Shown here one piece after another: positions 1-9,804 of a stretch of DNA of 64,000 bases. Within the stretch, counting starts at the first letter, position 1. Each line of letters opens with the position of its first letter. Source of the stretch: an uncultured delta proteobacterium (GTDB lineage Bacteria; Desulfobacterota; Binatia; UBA9968); assembly GCA_963840855.1 (NCBI GenBank), contig CAWJBB010000024.1, forward strand, positions 16,901 to 80,900, in the 5' to 3' direction. The position numbers and the translations under genes were made by a program. The notes under the pieces were generated by a model. The model saw only the letters and a program-made list of their open reading frames with translations, was not told the DNA's origin and searched no databases.

Positions 1-127
1 GGGCGTAGAAAACCGTTCCCGGCGTGTTCGTCCCGATGACAGCCGACTTGGGCAACTGCGCCCATGTGGTCTGTATCAGGAAAGTCGTCAGCGAAAAAAT
101 TATTCCTGCAACGGTTTTTAGCAACAT
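1..127 (-). CDS. TAXI family TRAP solute-binding protein, N-terminal part (runs off the window; not in ORF track)
   Basis: Manual translation MLLKTVAGIIFSLTTFLIQTTWAQLPKSAVIGTNTPGTVFYA: signal peptide plus the same GTN(P/T)xGTVFY motif as the neighbouring TAXI paralogs; AGGAGG RBS upstream. Confidence 0.85.
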   Translation of the reverse strand, partial: MLLKTVAGIIFSLTTFLIQTTWAQLPKSAVIGTNTPGTVFYA

Positions 128-148
128 CAATTCCTCCTTGATTTGATA

Positions 149-1195
149 CTACGGGTTCAGAGCGAGCAATTTCTTCTGCGCTTCATCCATCTTGGCTGAC
201 CAGAGCTTTTGCTCTTTATAAAACTCGATCGCCGCAGGGTGGTAGGGCATGGTTACATCAGGGGCAACCGCACGGTCCCGCGTCCACTCCTTGAAGATGG
301 GGTGAACCGGGACAAGCTTCTCCAAATTGTCCCAGATCGCTTTGAGGGAGCCGCTGACAACTTGATCCACGGCCGCTTTGTGAGTCGAGAGATAAATATC
401 ATAGGCGAGCACACAAGTATCCTCGATTATGGCCGCGGCGGTCCCAGCTTTCATAAGCCGCATGTAATATCCGGGAACGGCCCGGCCCAGGCGCTGCTCA
501 CCCTGGGGCGAACAATCGCTGGAGAGGTGGCGCACCCCAACGGAGGTATCCGCCTCTCGGATCTTGGCAGAGTTGACAGCGTGCATAGTCACATCGGCCC
601 GTCCCTGCACTAGAGCGTCTACGCCCTCGTTGGCGGCCGGCACTGGAACTACCTTAACATCGGACCAGGTCAGCCCGGCGCTGGCCAAATGGCCGAAGAG
701 GTTATACCACACGGCGAGCTGAGCCGGATATTCTCCGGTGACCCGTTTGCCTTTGATGTCATGCACCGATTTGAGCGGCGAATCCTTGCGCACCAGGAGG
801 CCTACCAACAGGGGCGCGCCGCGCATCACCAGGCGCGCGTTAGGCGTATGAGCAAATGGATTGCGGCCGCCGATTTTCAGCCGTTCCGGACCCTGATACG
901 AGAGCGCCATGTCTACAGCGTTGTTGACGCCGAAGTCTATTTCTCCGTTGTTCAAAAGCGGCAGGAACGTGCTGGTGCCGGTGTACGGCTGAACAGTCAT
1001 TTGGAAGGATGTGCTTTCGCTGACGGCTTTGGAAAAGGCGCTCGCGACCGCATAGAAGACGGTACCCGCGGGGTTGGAGGCGATCGTCACAGCGCGGGTA
1101 GCTTGCTGCGCCAGTGCCGCGGCGCCACCGGTTAGAAGCATCATCACGACGTTCATTGCCAGAATGAGATTGCCTGTCGGTCTTCGCTTATGCAT
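149..1195 (-). CDS. TAXI family TRAP transporter solute-binding protein
   Basis: ASNPAGTVFY, LNNGEIDFG, ALVQGRAD and PYHPAAIEFYKE motifs; start chosen at MHKRR behind an AAGGAG RBS. Confidence 0.9.
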   Translation of the reverse strand: MHKRRPTGNLILAMNVVMMLLTGGAAALAQQATRAVTIASNPAGTVFYAVASAFSKAVSESTSFQMTVQPYTGTSTFLPLLNNGEIDFGVNNAVDMALSYQGPERLKIGGRNPFAHTPNARLVMRGAPLLVGLLVRKDSPLKSVHDIKGKRVTGEYPAQLAVWYNLFGHLASAGLTWSDVKVVPVPAANEGVDALVQGRADVTMHAVNSAKIREADTSVGVRHLSSDCSPQGEQRLGRAVPGYYMRLMKAGTAAAIIEDTCVLAYDIYLSTHKAAVDQVVSGSLKAIWDNLEKLVPVHPIFKEWTRDRAVAPDVTMPYHPAAIEFYKEQKLWSAKMDEAQKKLLALNP

Positions 1196-1255
1196 CGGTG
1201 AGCTCCTTATTCCCCATTTTTGTTCTCGAGCTTGAATCAACCCGGGACCCGGGAT

Positions 1256-1344
1256 CGTCACTCTCGCCCTTCGACAAGGCTCAGGACAAGCTCCAGCGGG
1301 AGTCCAGACGTGGGTTACTGGATTCCGTTTGCACGGGAATGACG
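1256..1344. repeat. Composite REP-like palindromic element
   Basis: CGTCA...GGAGTCCAG / CTGGATTCC...GGGAATGACG inverted arms with a nested CCCTTCGACAAGGCTCAGG unit; partial relatives at about 23798-23822 and 45100-45128. Confidence 0.55.
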
Positions 1345-1435
1345 TGCGAAAGATGCAGCCATGCTCATCTCCACTCTCGCAGTGGGCTTTATAGCCAACA
1401 GATTTCTACCCCCCTTGCTTTGCAGGCCTAGCGCG

Positions 1436-2481
1436 TCAATTCAACGCTAGCAGTTTCTTTTGCACCTCGTCCATTTTCGTCGACCAGACTCCTTTTTCTC
1501 GATAGAACTGCTGCGCCGCCGGATGATAGGGAATTGTTACATCAGCCGAGGCCGACCGCTCCCGCGTCCAGTCGTTGAATTGCGGGTGCAAGGGAGGAAG
1601 CTTGGCGATATTGTCCCAAAGCGCTTTGAGCGTCGCCTGAACGACGTCGGCGGAAAGCGCTTTGTGACCGACGAAGTAAATGTCATAGGTGACTGCACAC
1701 AAGTGTCGCCGACGATGCCAGTAGAAAATCCGGATTTAAGCTATCGTCAGATAGTAACCGGGAACAGCTTTTCATACGCGCTCTTGACCCTGGGCGAACA
1801 GTCCAGCGAAACGTAGCGCACGCCGACGGTGGCATCCGCTTCTTTAACTTTTGCTGAGCCCACCGCGTGGTTGCCCACATCCGCACGGCCCTGAACCAGC
1901 GCGTCGATGCCGTCATTGACGGCGGGGACCGGCACGACTTTAACGTCGTCCCAAGTCAATCCTCCGCTGGCCGAGGCTGCCGAAGACGCTGTACCAGACC
2001 GCCAGATGGGGCCGGATACTCTCCGGTCACGCGCTTGCCTTTGACGTCGTAGACGGTCTTGATGGTCGACTCCTTTTTGGATACCAGGCTGGCCATCAAC
2101 GGTGATCCGCGCATCAGCAGGCGCGTGTTTGGGACATGGGGAAAAGGATTTCGGCCGCCGGCTTTCAATCGCTGACGGACCTTGATACGCGAGGCTCATG
2201 TCGACGGCGTTGACGACGCCAAAATCGATCTCCCCATTATCGAGAAGGGGCAAGAAGGTGCTCGTGCCGGTATAGGGTTGGACCACCGACTGCATGGCGC
2301 CGGCGCCGCTGATCGCTTTGGCGAGACCGCTCGCCACCGAGTAAAAAACGGTGCCGGCCGGATTGGTCCCCATCGTCGTAGAGCTGGGGAGTTTTTGCGC
2401 TGCAGCAGGACCAATACAGACGAAAACTATCACCACAGTGGCAGCAGTCCGCACAACGCTTCTACTTAGTCCCGTGCGCAT
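1436..2481 (-). CDS. TAXI family TRAP solute-binding protein (several frameshifts, probably sequencing errors)
   Basis: ORF pieces 1747-2481, 1956-2168 and 1436-1702 are consecutive segments highly similar to 2575-3618. Confidence 0.85.
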
Positions 2482-2574
2482 AACTCCTCCGTCGCTGTAT
2501 CGCAGTCCCAGGTCTAGCGTCCAGGGTCCCGCGTTAACCCCAGACTCAAGACACGAGACACCAAACCGTGTCCC

Positions 2575-3618
2575 TCACGGGTTCAAGGCCAACAACCGTT
2601 TTTGCGCCTCGTCCATTTTTGTGTTCCACAAATTTTTCTCTTTATAGAACTGTATCGCGGCGGGATGATAGGGAATGGTCACATCGGCGGATACCGCGCG
2701 TTCGCGCGTCCAATCCTGAAACTGCGCGTGCAAGGGGGGCAGCTTGGCGATGTTGTCCCAAACCGCTTTGAGCGTAGCTTGAACGACGTCGCCGGGCAGC
2801 GCTTTGTGACCGACGAGGTAAATGTCGTAGGTGAGGACGCAAGTGTCGCCGACTACGCCAGTGGATGAGCCTGACTTGACTGTGGTGACATAATAGCCGG
2901 GCACCGCCTTTCTTACGCGGGCCTCGCCCTGAGCTGAACAGTCCAGCGATAGGTAACGGACGCCAACGGAAGTATCAGCTTCCTTTATTTTGGCGGCGCC
3001 GATCGCATGGTTGCTGACATCGGCCCGTCCCTGCACCAACGCGTCGACGCCGTCATTGACGGCGGGGACGGGCACGACTTTAACATCGTCCCAGGTCATT
3101 CCCGCGCCCGCCAAGGCGGTGTAGATATGGTACCAGATGGCGATGTTAGCCGGATATTCACCCGTCACGCGCTTTCCCTTAACATCGTAAACGGTCTTGA
3201 TCGGGGAGTCCTTCTTGACTACCAGGCTAACCGACAAAGGCGAGCCGCGCATGATCAGTCTTGTATTCGGCACATGAGGCAGCGGATTTTTGCCGCCGAT
3301 CTTCAACTTTGCCGGCCCCTGGTAGGCAAGGTTCATTTCGACGGCGTTGATGATGCCAAAATCGATCTCCCCATTATCGAGCAGGGGCAAAAAAGTGCTG
3401 GTGCCGGTGTAGGGCTGAATCACCGCCTGAAACGGCGCGGCGCCGCTTATGACACTGGCCAAGCCGCCGCCGACGGCATAGAAAACAGTCCCCGCCGGAT
3501 TGGTGCCGACCGTTACAGACTTGGTCGGCTGCTGGGCGTGGGTGGCGACCGAAAACAAATTTAGCGCAAAAAAAACCACCACCACAGGTACAGATAATTG
3601 CTTCCAGCGGCTGTCCAT
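2575..3618 (-). CDS. TAXI family TRAP transporter solute-binding protein
   Basis: Intact 347 aa; signal peptide, GTNPAGTVFY and IPYHPAAIQFYKE motifs; AGGAGG RBS. Confidence 0.92.
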   Translation of the reverse strand: MDSRWKQLSVPVVVVFFALNLFSVATHAQQPTKSVTVGTNPAGTVFYAVGGGLASVISGAAPFQAVIQPYTGTSTFLPLLDNGEIDFGIINAVEMNLAYQGPAKLKIGGKNPLPHVPNTRLIMRGSPLSVSLVVKKDSPIKTVYDVKGKRVTGEYPANIAIWYHIYTALAGAGMTWDDVKVVPVPAVNDGVDALVQGRADVSNHAIGAAKIKEADTSVGVRYLSLDCSAQGEARVRKAVPGYYVTTVKSGSSTGVVGDTCVLTYDIYLVGHKALPGDVVQATLKAVWDNIAKLPPLHAQFQDWTRERAVSADVTIPYHPAAIQFYKEKNLWNTKMDEAQKRLLALNP

Positions 3619-3646
3619 TGGCGCGCCTCCTTGAACGTGGCGACGA

Positions 3647-3675
3647 ATTTAATCCGATGGCTTTCGTTGTGTCAA
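3647..3675 (-). promoter_or_regulatory. Putative sigma-70 promoter of the TAXI cluster
   Basis: TTGACA-17 nt-TTAAAT on the minus strand about 30 nt upstream of the 3618 start. Confidence 0.45.
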
Positions 3676-3892
3676 CGGCGACGTCGTAAATTGACGATTG
3701 TTCCGTGACCGGTTCACGCGATTGATCTTTTTCGACGGTCGGTGTGAACTTGATTCCAAGAGCTCTGGAATTCCCCTGCGCGAGTCGAGATACGTTAGAC
3801 GACTATCGCCCTTAATTCGGCGGCGAGAAATTCACCAAGGTGTGACGGTAGCAAAACTTTGTGTTGCGGAGGCGAGTCGCATGGACACCAGC

Positions 3893-4405
3893 TTACTCTA
3901 CCTTCTTATCTTCCTCCTTGGCTTCCTCCATGGCTTCCGGTTCCAACTCTTCCGCACTGCGGTTCAAGCGAATAAACACGCCCCAGGCGACCAGCAGCAC
4001 GCCGGCCACCAGGCCTACGGAGGCGGCATAGGGCAACTGTTCGGGAGCGTCATGGCTCACCCGGAAGACCAACACCAGCGATTCAATCGACAGCGACACC
4101 ACGAGCACGACCAGGAAGCGCGACAAGAACCGCCGCACCCGGGTGGGCGCGCTCATGTGGGCCTCCCGTTGCACTTCTTCTTCGAGAATGGTTTGGCCCA
4201 GCTCCAGGGCCGCGACGGCGACGGTGAGCAAGGCGATACTTTCCAACACAGCATTCAGCCGTTGATTGAGGGCGAGACCGCCCCCCAGTTGGAGCGCTTG
4301 CCAGAGTTGCACGGCGGCCAGGAAGATGAGGGCGAGTGCGCAGACGACGAACAGCAGGCTGATGATGAAGTGACCGAAAGGAAAGAGCTTGCGAAAGAGT
4401 TTCAT
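3893..4405 (-). CDS. Four-helix integral membrane protein (possibly PsiE-like), function unknown
   Basis: Four hydrophobic segments and an acidic C-terminal tail. Confidence 0.7.
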   Translation of the reverse strand: MKLFRKLFPFGHFIISLLFVVCALALIFLAAVQLWQALQLGGGLALNQRLNAVLESIALLTVAVAALELGQTILEEEVQREAHMSAPTRVRRFLSRFLVVLVVSLSIESLVLVFRVSHDAPEQLPYAASVGLVAGVLLVAWGVFIRLNRSAEELEPEAMEEAKEEDKKVE

Positions 4406-4646
4406 CGCGGGTCTACCTCAGCACTAGGACGCCTGATGCGTTTCGGCAGTGCAGTAAACCTTTTTCAGTTTGAGAAAGCAAAATCTGCTGCAATATCCAT
4501 CATGAGTTTAGGCATTGTCAATCTCTCTCCCGCCAAACGCCAGCTCGGGGCAAGGTATCCATCCGATAATCAGCCCGCTGTGATAGCGGATCATTTTACT
4601 TATCGCTCAGTCTCCGATGCGCCGAAGGCTATGCATTTGAAATTCC

Positions 4647-5799
4647 CTACCGTCCCCAAAGCTCCTTGGTCGCCAGCCGCGCGCCTTCGGCCATCGCTTC
4701 GAACTTCGCCCAGCAGATCTGCGCGCTGCCGACTCGCGGGCCGAGGCCGCAGTCGGTGCCGGCCATGACATTTTCGCGCCCGACGATTTTCCCGTAGCGC
4801 ACCAGCCGGTCGGCGATGGCTTGCGGATGTTCGACGATATCCGTTGCATGGCCGACCACGCCGGGCACCAACACCTTGGCGGCGGGAAGTTTCACTTCCT
4901 CCCACACGCGCCACTCATGCTCGTGGCGCGGATTGGCCGCCTCAATGGAGATCGTGTTGGCCTTCACTTTTAAGAATCAGATCGATGATGTCGCGCAGCG
5001 GAATGTCGTACTTGTGCGGGCCGTGATAGCTGCCCCAGCAGGTGTGAAAACGGACGCGATCGGCGGGAATATCTCTCAGGCCGTGGTTCAGCGCGTCGAC
5101 GCGGAGCTCGGCGTATTTGCGGTACTCCGGCACGCTCATCCGCGACATGAACTGCCAGCCGTCGGGGAGGTCCGGATCGTCGATTTGCAATAAGAAACCG
5201 GCATCGACGATGGCTTTGTACTCTTCGCGCATGGCGTCGGCGATGGCCATCAAATAGGCCTCGTCGCTGGGGTAATAATCGTTCTTCATCCAGTGTTCGA
5301 TGGTGCCGGGAGCGATGGCGGGAAGAAAGGCTTCTTCATATTTCTGGCCCTGGAGCCCTACTTTGAAATCCTCAATCTCGGCTGTTAGCGAGGCCTGGCC
5401 GATGTACTTGAGCGGCGCGTTGCAGAACACCCGCCTGAGATTGTCGCCCCGGTGCGAAGTGCGCGCATTGAAATAGTCGGCGAACTCAACGACATCGCGT
5501 TCATAGATCGTCGAGGGGCGATCCTCCGCCCGCACGTCTCTTTCAATGAAACCGCTCAGGCGCTCGCGGGCGTAGCGCGAGAAGTTCGATTTGCCCACTT
5601 CGCCGTCGTTGATGATGTCGATGCCGCAGGCGATCTGTTTTCGCACCGCTTCCGATACGGCGTCGCGCACGCGCTTCTCGAAGGCTTCTCTCTCCACCGG
5701 CTTTCCAGCAGCCTGCGCGGCGTGCATTTCTTTCAAATCAGGCGGCTGCGGCAACGCGCCGGCATGGGTCGTCAAAATACGATCGGTGCTGTACTTCAT
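4647..5799 (-). CDS. Cobalamin-independent methionine synthase II family (MetE C-terminal-like) Zn enzyme; one frameshift near 4965
   Basis: RILTTHAGALP, INDGE, HTCWGSYHGPH, EAANPRHEHEW and AGTDCGLG Zn-ligand motifs across ORFs 4942-5877 and 4647-4967. Confidence 0.88.
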
Positions 5800-5882
5800 T
5801 CGATTATCCTTTCGTAAAAACTTTGGAACATTTGGAACGAATTGGAACCACATTAGCAACCGTTCCAACAGTGGCACGCTAA

Positions 5883-6875
5883 TTATTTGAGCGAGTCGGC
5901 AACTTTTTGCGCGAAGGTGAAATCGAAGACTCGCTCCGGCGGCGCCAGTTCCTTGGGTTTGACACGCTGAGCCGCCACCGCGATCATTTCGCGTTGAAGC
6001 TTTTCATCCACGGCGCCTGACTGCAGATAGTACTGTAGCGCCGCTTCGTAAACGCGCTCGGCGTGCCGCTCACGTTCCTTGCCCAGGTCGAGATAAGGTC
6101 CTTTGATGAACTCTGTGGCGTACTTCCTGTCGTTGCGAATTAAGCGTAACGCGCGCTGTGTTGCACGGATCGTTTTGGTGACCAGCTCGGGCCGCTCCGA
6201 AATCGTTGCCTTGGTGGTCGTCAGGCCGCCCTGCACGGCGCGGTAAACGTCCGCGCCCGCGGCCAGTTTTCGAAACCCCTCGTCTTGGGCGAGAAATGTC
6301 TGCGGGATCTGGAGCATAGTAGCGTCGATGGTCCCGGCCTTCAAAGCGATGTAGAGCACATCGCTGGTGCCGAGCGGAAGAAACGTGACTTGCTCCGGCG
6401 GAATTTTATTGGCAATGAAGATTTGGCGCGCGAGAATTTCGGCCAGAGCGCCGAACGCGGTGATGCCGATCTTTTTGCCGCGCATTTGTTGGACGTTCGT
6501 GATGCTCGGCAGGGCGATCAGATCGAAGGATGGTTTGTCGGTTAAAGCGAAGACGACCCTGACATCTACGCCACTGACCGCAGCCGCGACGGCGGTCCCT
6601 GTGGCCGTGCCGAGATCGATGCCGCCGGCCAACATGGCCGGAATCGTTTGAGCGGCTTTAATGAAAATGAGCTCGGGCTCCAGGCCCTCTTCGCGGAACA
6701 AACCTCGGTCGCGGGCGATGATAAAAGGCATATCCAGGATGCTGCGCGAAACGTAGCCGATGCGCACGGCGGCGAGCTTGGCGGATTTTTCAGCGGCCCA
6801 TAAGCCTCCGGTCCGGAATGCAAGCACTTGGAAAAGGATAAATGAGAGCAATGCCATTCGAGGCATGATCTTCAT
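5883..6875 (-). CDS. ABC transporter substrate-binding protein, NitT/TauT (SsuA/Thi5-like)
   Basis: Signal peptide, GLFREEGLEPELI, GKKIGIT, ALKAGTIDA, C-terminal FDFTF. Confidence 0.88.
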   Translation of the reverse strand: MKIMPRMALLSFILFQVLAFRTGGLWAAEKSAKLAAVRIGYVSRSILDMPFIIARDRGLFREEGLEPELIFIKAAQTIPAMLAGGIDLGTATGTAVAAAVSGVDVRVVFALTDKPSFDLIALPSITNVQQMRGKKIGITAFGALAEILARQIFIANKIPPEQVTFLPLGTSDVLYIALKAGTIDATMLQIPQTFLAQDEGFRKLAAGADVYRAVQGGLTTTKATISERPELVTKTIRATQRALRLIRNDRKYATEFIKGPYLDLGKERERHAERVYEAALQYYLQSGAVDEKLQREMIAVAAQRVKPKELAPPERVFDFTFAQKVADSLK

Positions 6876-6963
6876 AGTTCGTACCCCGCAAAACTCCTTG
6901 GCCCGCTGCGCCGTTGTGGCTGGGAAACGCTAGACTCTGAGCTCTAGACGCGAGACCCTAGAT

Positions 6964-7632
6964 TTATTTATATGTGTCGTAGATGCCATCGAACTTGGCC
7001 AGCTTGAAGCGCACCATGTTCTTCGCCGCCACGCGCACCAGCTCTTTCTCTCTCTCGCTGTTGGCGTTTCTCGCGATGGTTTCAGCCGCCATCGCGGTAT
7101 GCTCTTTGTCGACTTTGCCGTGTACGATGAAAAACGTTCTGGCCCGGCTATCGAGGCCATAGTGTTTTTCGAGCGCCGTGTCGAATTCTTCGGAATAGCG
7201 GCACACCATGGTTTCGTTGACGAGCGCGCCGGCGCGGGTCTCGGCGGGCATGCCGACGAACATGCCGCGTATGATCGCCGCAGTGTGGGCCACACACTCG
7301 AAAATCATGATGCCGTTTTTGAAGTCCTCGTCATTCAACCCGATGGCTTCGCCGAAACGTTTCATCAACCCAGGGTGTGACTGCTCTTCGGTGAAGAGTT
7401 CGGCGAACTGCTCGTACATCGGTTGGTTGTTGGCATTTCTAACCATCAGGAAGGCGAGTCCTTTGTTGATCACATGGTTCGAAAGATAGTGCTGCACGGC
7501 AAATCCTTGGAGCCGCCGCTTCGAGAGCTCCCCGGCTCTGAGCTCAGTGAAGAAGCGGCTGTTCATGAGCTGCTCGACTCCCGGGTTCACAATCTCGCGC
7601 ATCAGATCTTCGATAAAAGCTTGGTTATCCAT
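6964..7632 (-). CDS. Heme-oxygenase-like diiron protein (TenA/PqqC/CADD-like iron-containing redox enzyme)
   Basis: 222 aa helical protein with EEQSH, VNE and FFIVHGKVDKEH metal-ligand pattern. Confidence 0.75.
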   Translation of the reverse strand: MDNQAFIEDLMREIVNPGVEQLMNSRFFTELRAGELSKRRLQGFAVQHYLSNHVINKGLAFLMVRNANNQPMYEQFAELFTEEQSHPGLMKRFGEAIGLNDEDFKNGIMIFECVAHTAAIIRGMFVGMPAETRAGALVNETMVCRYSEEFDTALEKHYGLDSRARTFFIVHGKVDKEHTAMAAETIARNANSEREKELVRVAAKNMVRFKLAKFDGIYDTYK

Positions 7633-7865
7633 AATTGGCTTCCTTGGCTGCTAACTGGCAGAGCAGAGGAACAGTGACAAAGCAGCGAGAAGGTGTCAAG
7701 GGGAATAGAGCAGCCAGAGCGGACTCAAAGTACTCGACGCGGGGCTCGCCGCGAAAGCACGCGAAGTAATTCTTCTCCGTGCTTCGGCATTGTCTCTTTG
7801 CTCGATTGGTTGCGGCTTTGCCACGCTAGGTTTTCTGTGGTTAAAAGGTCTCGAGGTGTCAGTCA

Positions 7866-8708
7866 ATGCCAACGGCGCATGTCGGCGATATCGAAATTTA
7901 TTATGAAGAACAAGGAAGCGGCGAGCCAGTATTGCTCGCGCCGGCTTCTTGGTGGCCGTCCGACACGTGGAATGTCGGCGTCGTGGCGTTTCTCTCGAAG
8001 CAGTTTAAAACTATCATCTTCGATTGCCGGGGAACCGGGCGGAGCAGCAAGCCTGAGAGCGGCTATACCGTGCCTCAATTCGCTCGAGATTGCATCGGGT
8101 TATTGGCCGAGCTTGGCATCTCGCGCTGCCATGCGGTGGGTTTCGCGCTGGGCGGACAAATCGTTCAGGCGATGGCCATCGAGCGGCCGGATCTAGTAGC
8201 AACTCTCACCATCGCCGCCTCGGGGTCGGGCGCCAGAACGCTGAGCGGCGGCCCGAGGATTGTGTCGCCTGATACGGACCGCGAAATTCGCGATATGGGG
8301 TTTGAGCGTTACATCCGCGCTTACATAGAAAACGACACCATGGCGTTTAACCCGAATTTTTATCGCGACCATTCCGACGTTGTCAGCGCTCTGGCCAACG
8401 CCGTGTGGTCGGGACAAAGTACGGCTGAAATGTTTCGCCGCCACGAGGATGCGCGTCTCACTTGGGACACGCTGGCGCAGGCGGCCGCGGTGAAAGTGCC
8501 GGCGCTGATTCTCTGCGGCGCCGACGACGATGTGAGCCGGCGCGGCAGCACGCCGGTGGATACCGCAAAGCGTTTGGCGCAATTGACGCCCGGCGCGGAA
8601 CTATTTTTGATTCCGAATGTGAAGCATATGACGTTTTGGGATGGGACCGGTGGGCTTACCGCGCTGGAAGATTTCTTGGTCCGCCACCCGATTGAAGCGC
8701 GTCGATGA
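7866..8708 (+). CDS. Alpha/beta hydrolase fold protein with G-F-A-L-G nucleophile elbow (Ser replaced by Ala)
   Basis: IYYEEQGSGEPV, FDCRGTGRSSKP, VGFALGG, LILCGADDD, KH. Confidence 0.88.
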   Translation: MPTAHVGDIEIYYEEQGSGEPVLLAPASWWPSDTWNVGVVAFLSKQFKTIIFDCRGTGRSSKPESGYTVPQFARDCIGLLAELGISRCHAVGFALGGQIVQAMAIERPDLVATLTIAASGSGARTLSGGPRIVSPDTDREIRDMGFERYIRAYIENDTMAFNPNFYRDHSDVVSALANAVWSGQSTAEMFRRHEDARLTWDTLAQAAAVKVPALILCGADDDVSRRGSTPVDTAKRLAQLTPGAELFLIPNVKHMTFWDGTGGLTALEDFLVRHPIEARR

Positions 8709-9756
8709 TTTTCATGTTTAATTGCGTGAGGAGAGTTGGAACCGTCGCGCGGCACAACGGCTGTTGGTTGAGCCGATGTGTCGCGTCCAGTGTAATTTGT
8801 GGTTGTCTCACTATGGCGTTGCCGACGGCCTCGGTCGAAGCCCAAAGCAAAAAAGTACGTGTGGCGCTGCCGGGCTATACCATCGCCGCGCTTTCCTTTC
8901 TTGCCGCCAAGATGAACAACTATTATGTCGCCGAGGGTTTAGACGTCGAGCTGATCGCGATGCGGGCGCCGACCGCTAATCTGGCAGTACTGAGCGGCAG
9001 CGTGGAGTTCTCCGGCGTTCCACTCGCCGGTCTCACTACAGCGCTGCGTGGCGGCGGGGTAAAATTATTGTTCTGCCAGTTCGACAAACCACAGCATGCC
9101 TTGTTCGCCAAACCGGAATTTCAAAACGTCAAAGCTCTGCGCGGTAAAAAACTCGCAGTCGCGGGTATCGGCACCATCGACGATATTTTGCTGCGTGAAG
9201 TGCTTGGCGCCAACGGGCTCGATCCCGCGCGTGACGTGACGATTCTCGCGATGGGGGCGGCAGATACCCGATTTAGCGCTCTGGTCAGCGGCGCCATCGA
9301 GGCCTCGGTGCTCATTGCCCCGACCTCTTTTTACGCCAAGGATCAGGGATTCAGGGAATTGGCTGCGTTTCAAGATTTAGGTTTTGTTTTGCCCAGCGGT
9401 GGCATCGTTGCCCGCGACGAAATTTTAAAAGCCGATCCTCTCACCGCGGAACGATTCGTCCGGGCCACGATTATGGGCTTTTTGTTCATGCGTGACAATC
9501 GTCCGGGAACGCTCAAGGTCATGTCGCGCATGCTGAGAATCGATGAACCGACCGCGGCCAAGCTTTACGATTCATCCCGGCCACCCTGACCGCCGACGGT
9601 ACCGTTACAGGGGACACCGAAAAAAGGATGACCGGATTCATACTCAAGATCGCCGGCGTGAAAGATGCTCCACCCGCCGACAAGCTCTATGATTTTTCGC
9701 TTGTGAGGAAAGCGCATCTCGCGCTACAAGCGAAAGGCTGGCAACCGGGCCCATAA
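8705..9756 (+). CDS. ABC transporter substrate-binding protein, NitT/TauT family; frameshift near 9582
   Basis: EGLDVELI, LRGKKLAV, ALVSGAIEA; the shifted frame continues TLTADGTV...LYDFSLVRKAH...GWQPGP* to 9756; start uncertain. Confidence 0.82.
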
Positions 9757-9804
9757 TTGAATGAGGGTTACGGGAGTCGTGCAATCCAAGATGCGAGGTG
9801 TGAT

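Noticed and set aside
4410-4560. Riboswitch in the leader of the membrane protein gene
   Set aside because: No fluoride, c-di-GMP, SAM or other aptamer consensus that I could match by eye; a covariance-model (Rfam) search would be needed
3698-4768. 356-aa + strand ORF and other long antisense ORFs (for example 40158-41627, 29516-30463, 59912-60898)
   Set aside because: Shadow ORFs opposite well-supported genes in GC-rich DNA, with no recognisable motifs
4960-4975. Programmed ribosomal frameshifting in the MetE-like gene and other split genes
   Set aside because: No consistent slippery heptamer or downstream structure; too frequent across unrelated genes, so sequencing error is more parsimonious
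9587-9589. TGA ending the SBP ORF as a second selenocysteine site
   Set aside because: Homologous sequence continues in a different frame (frameshift), with no Cys-like motif or hairpin
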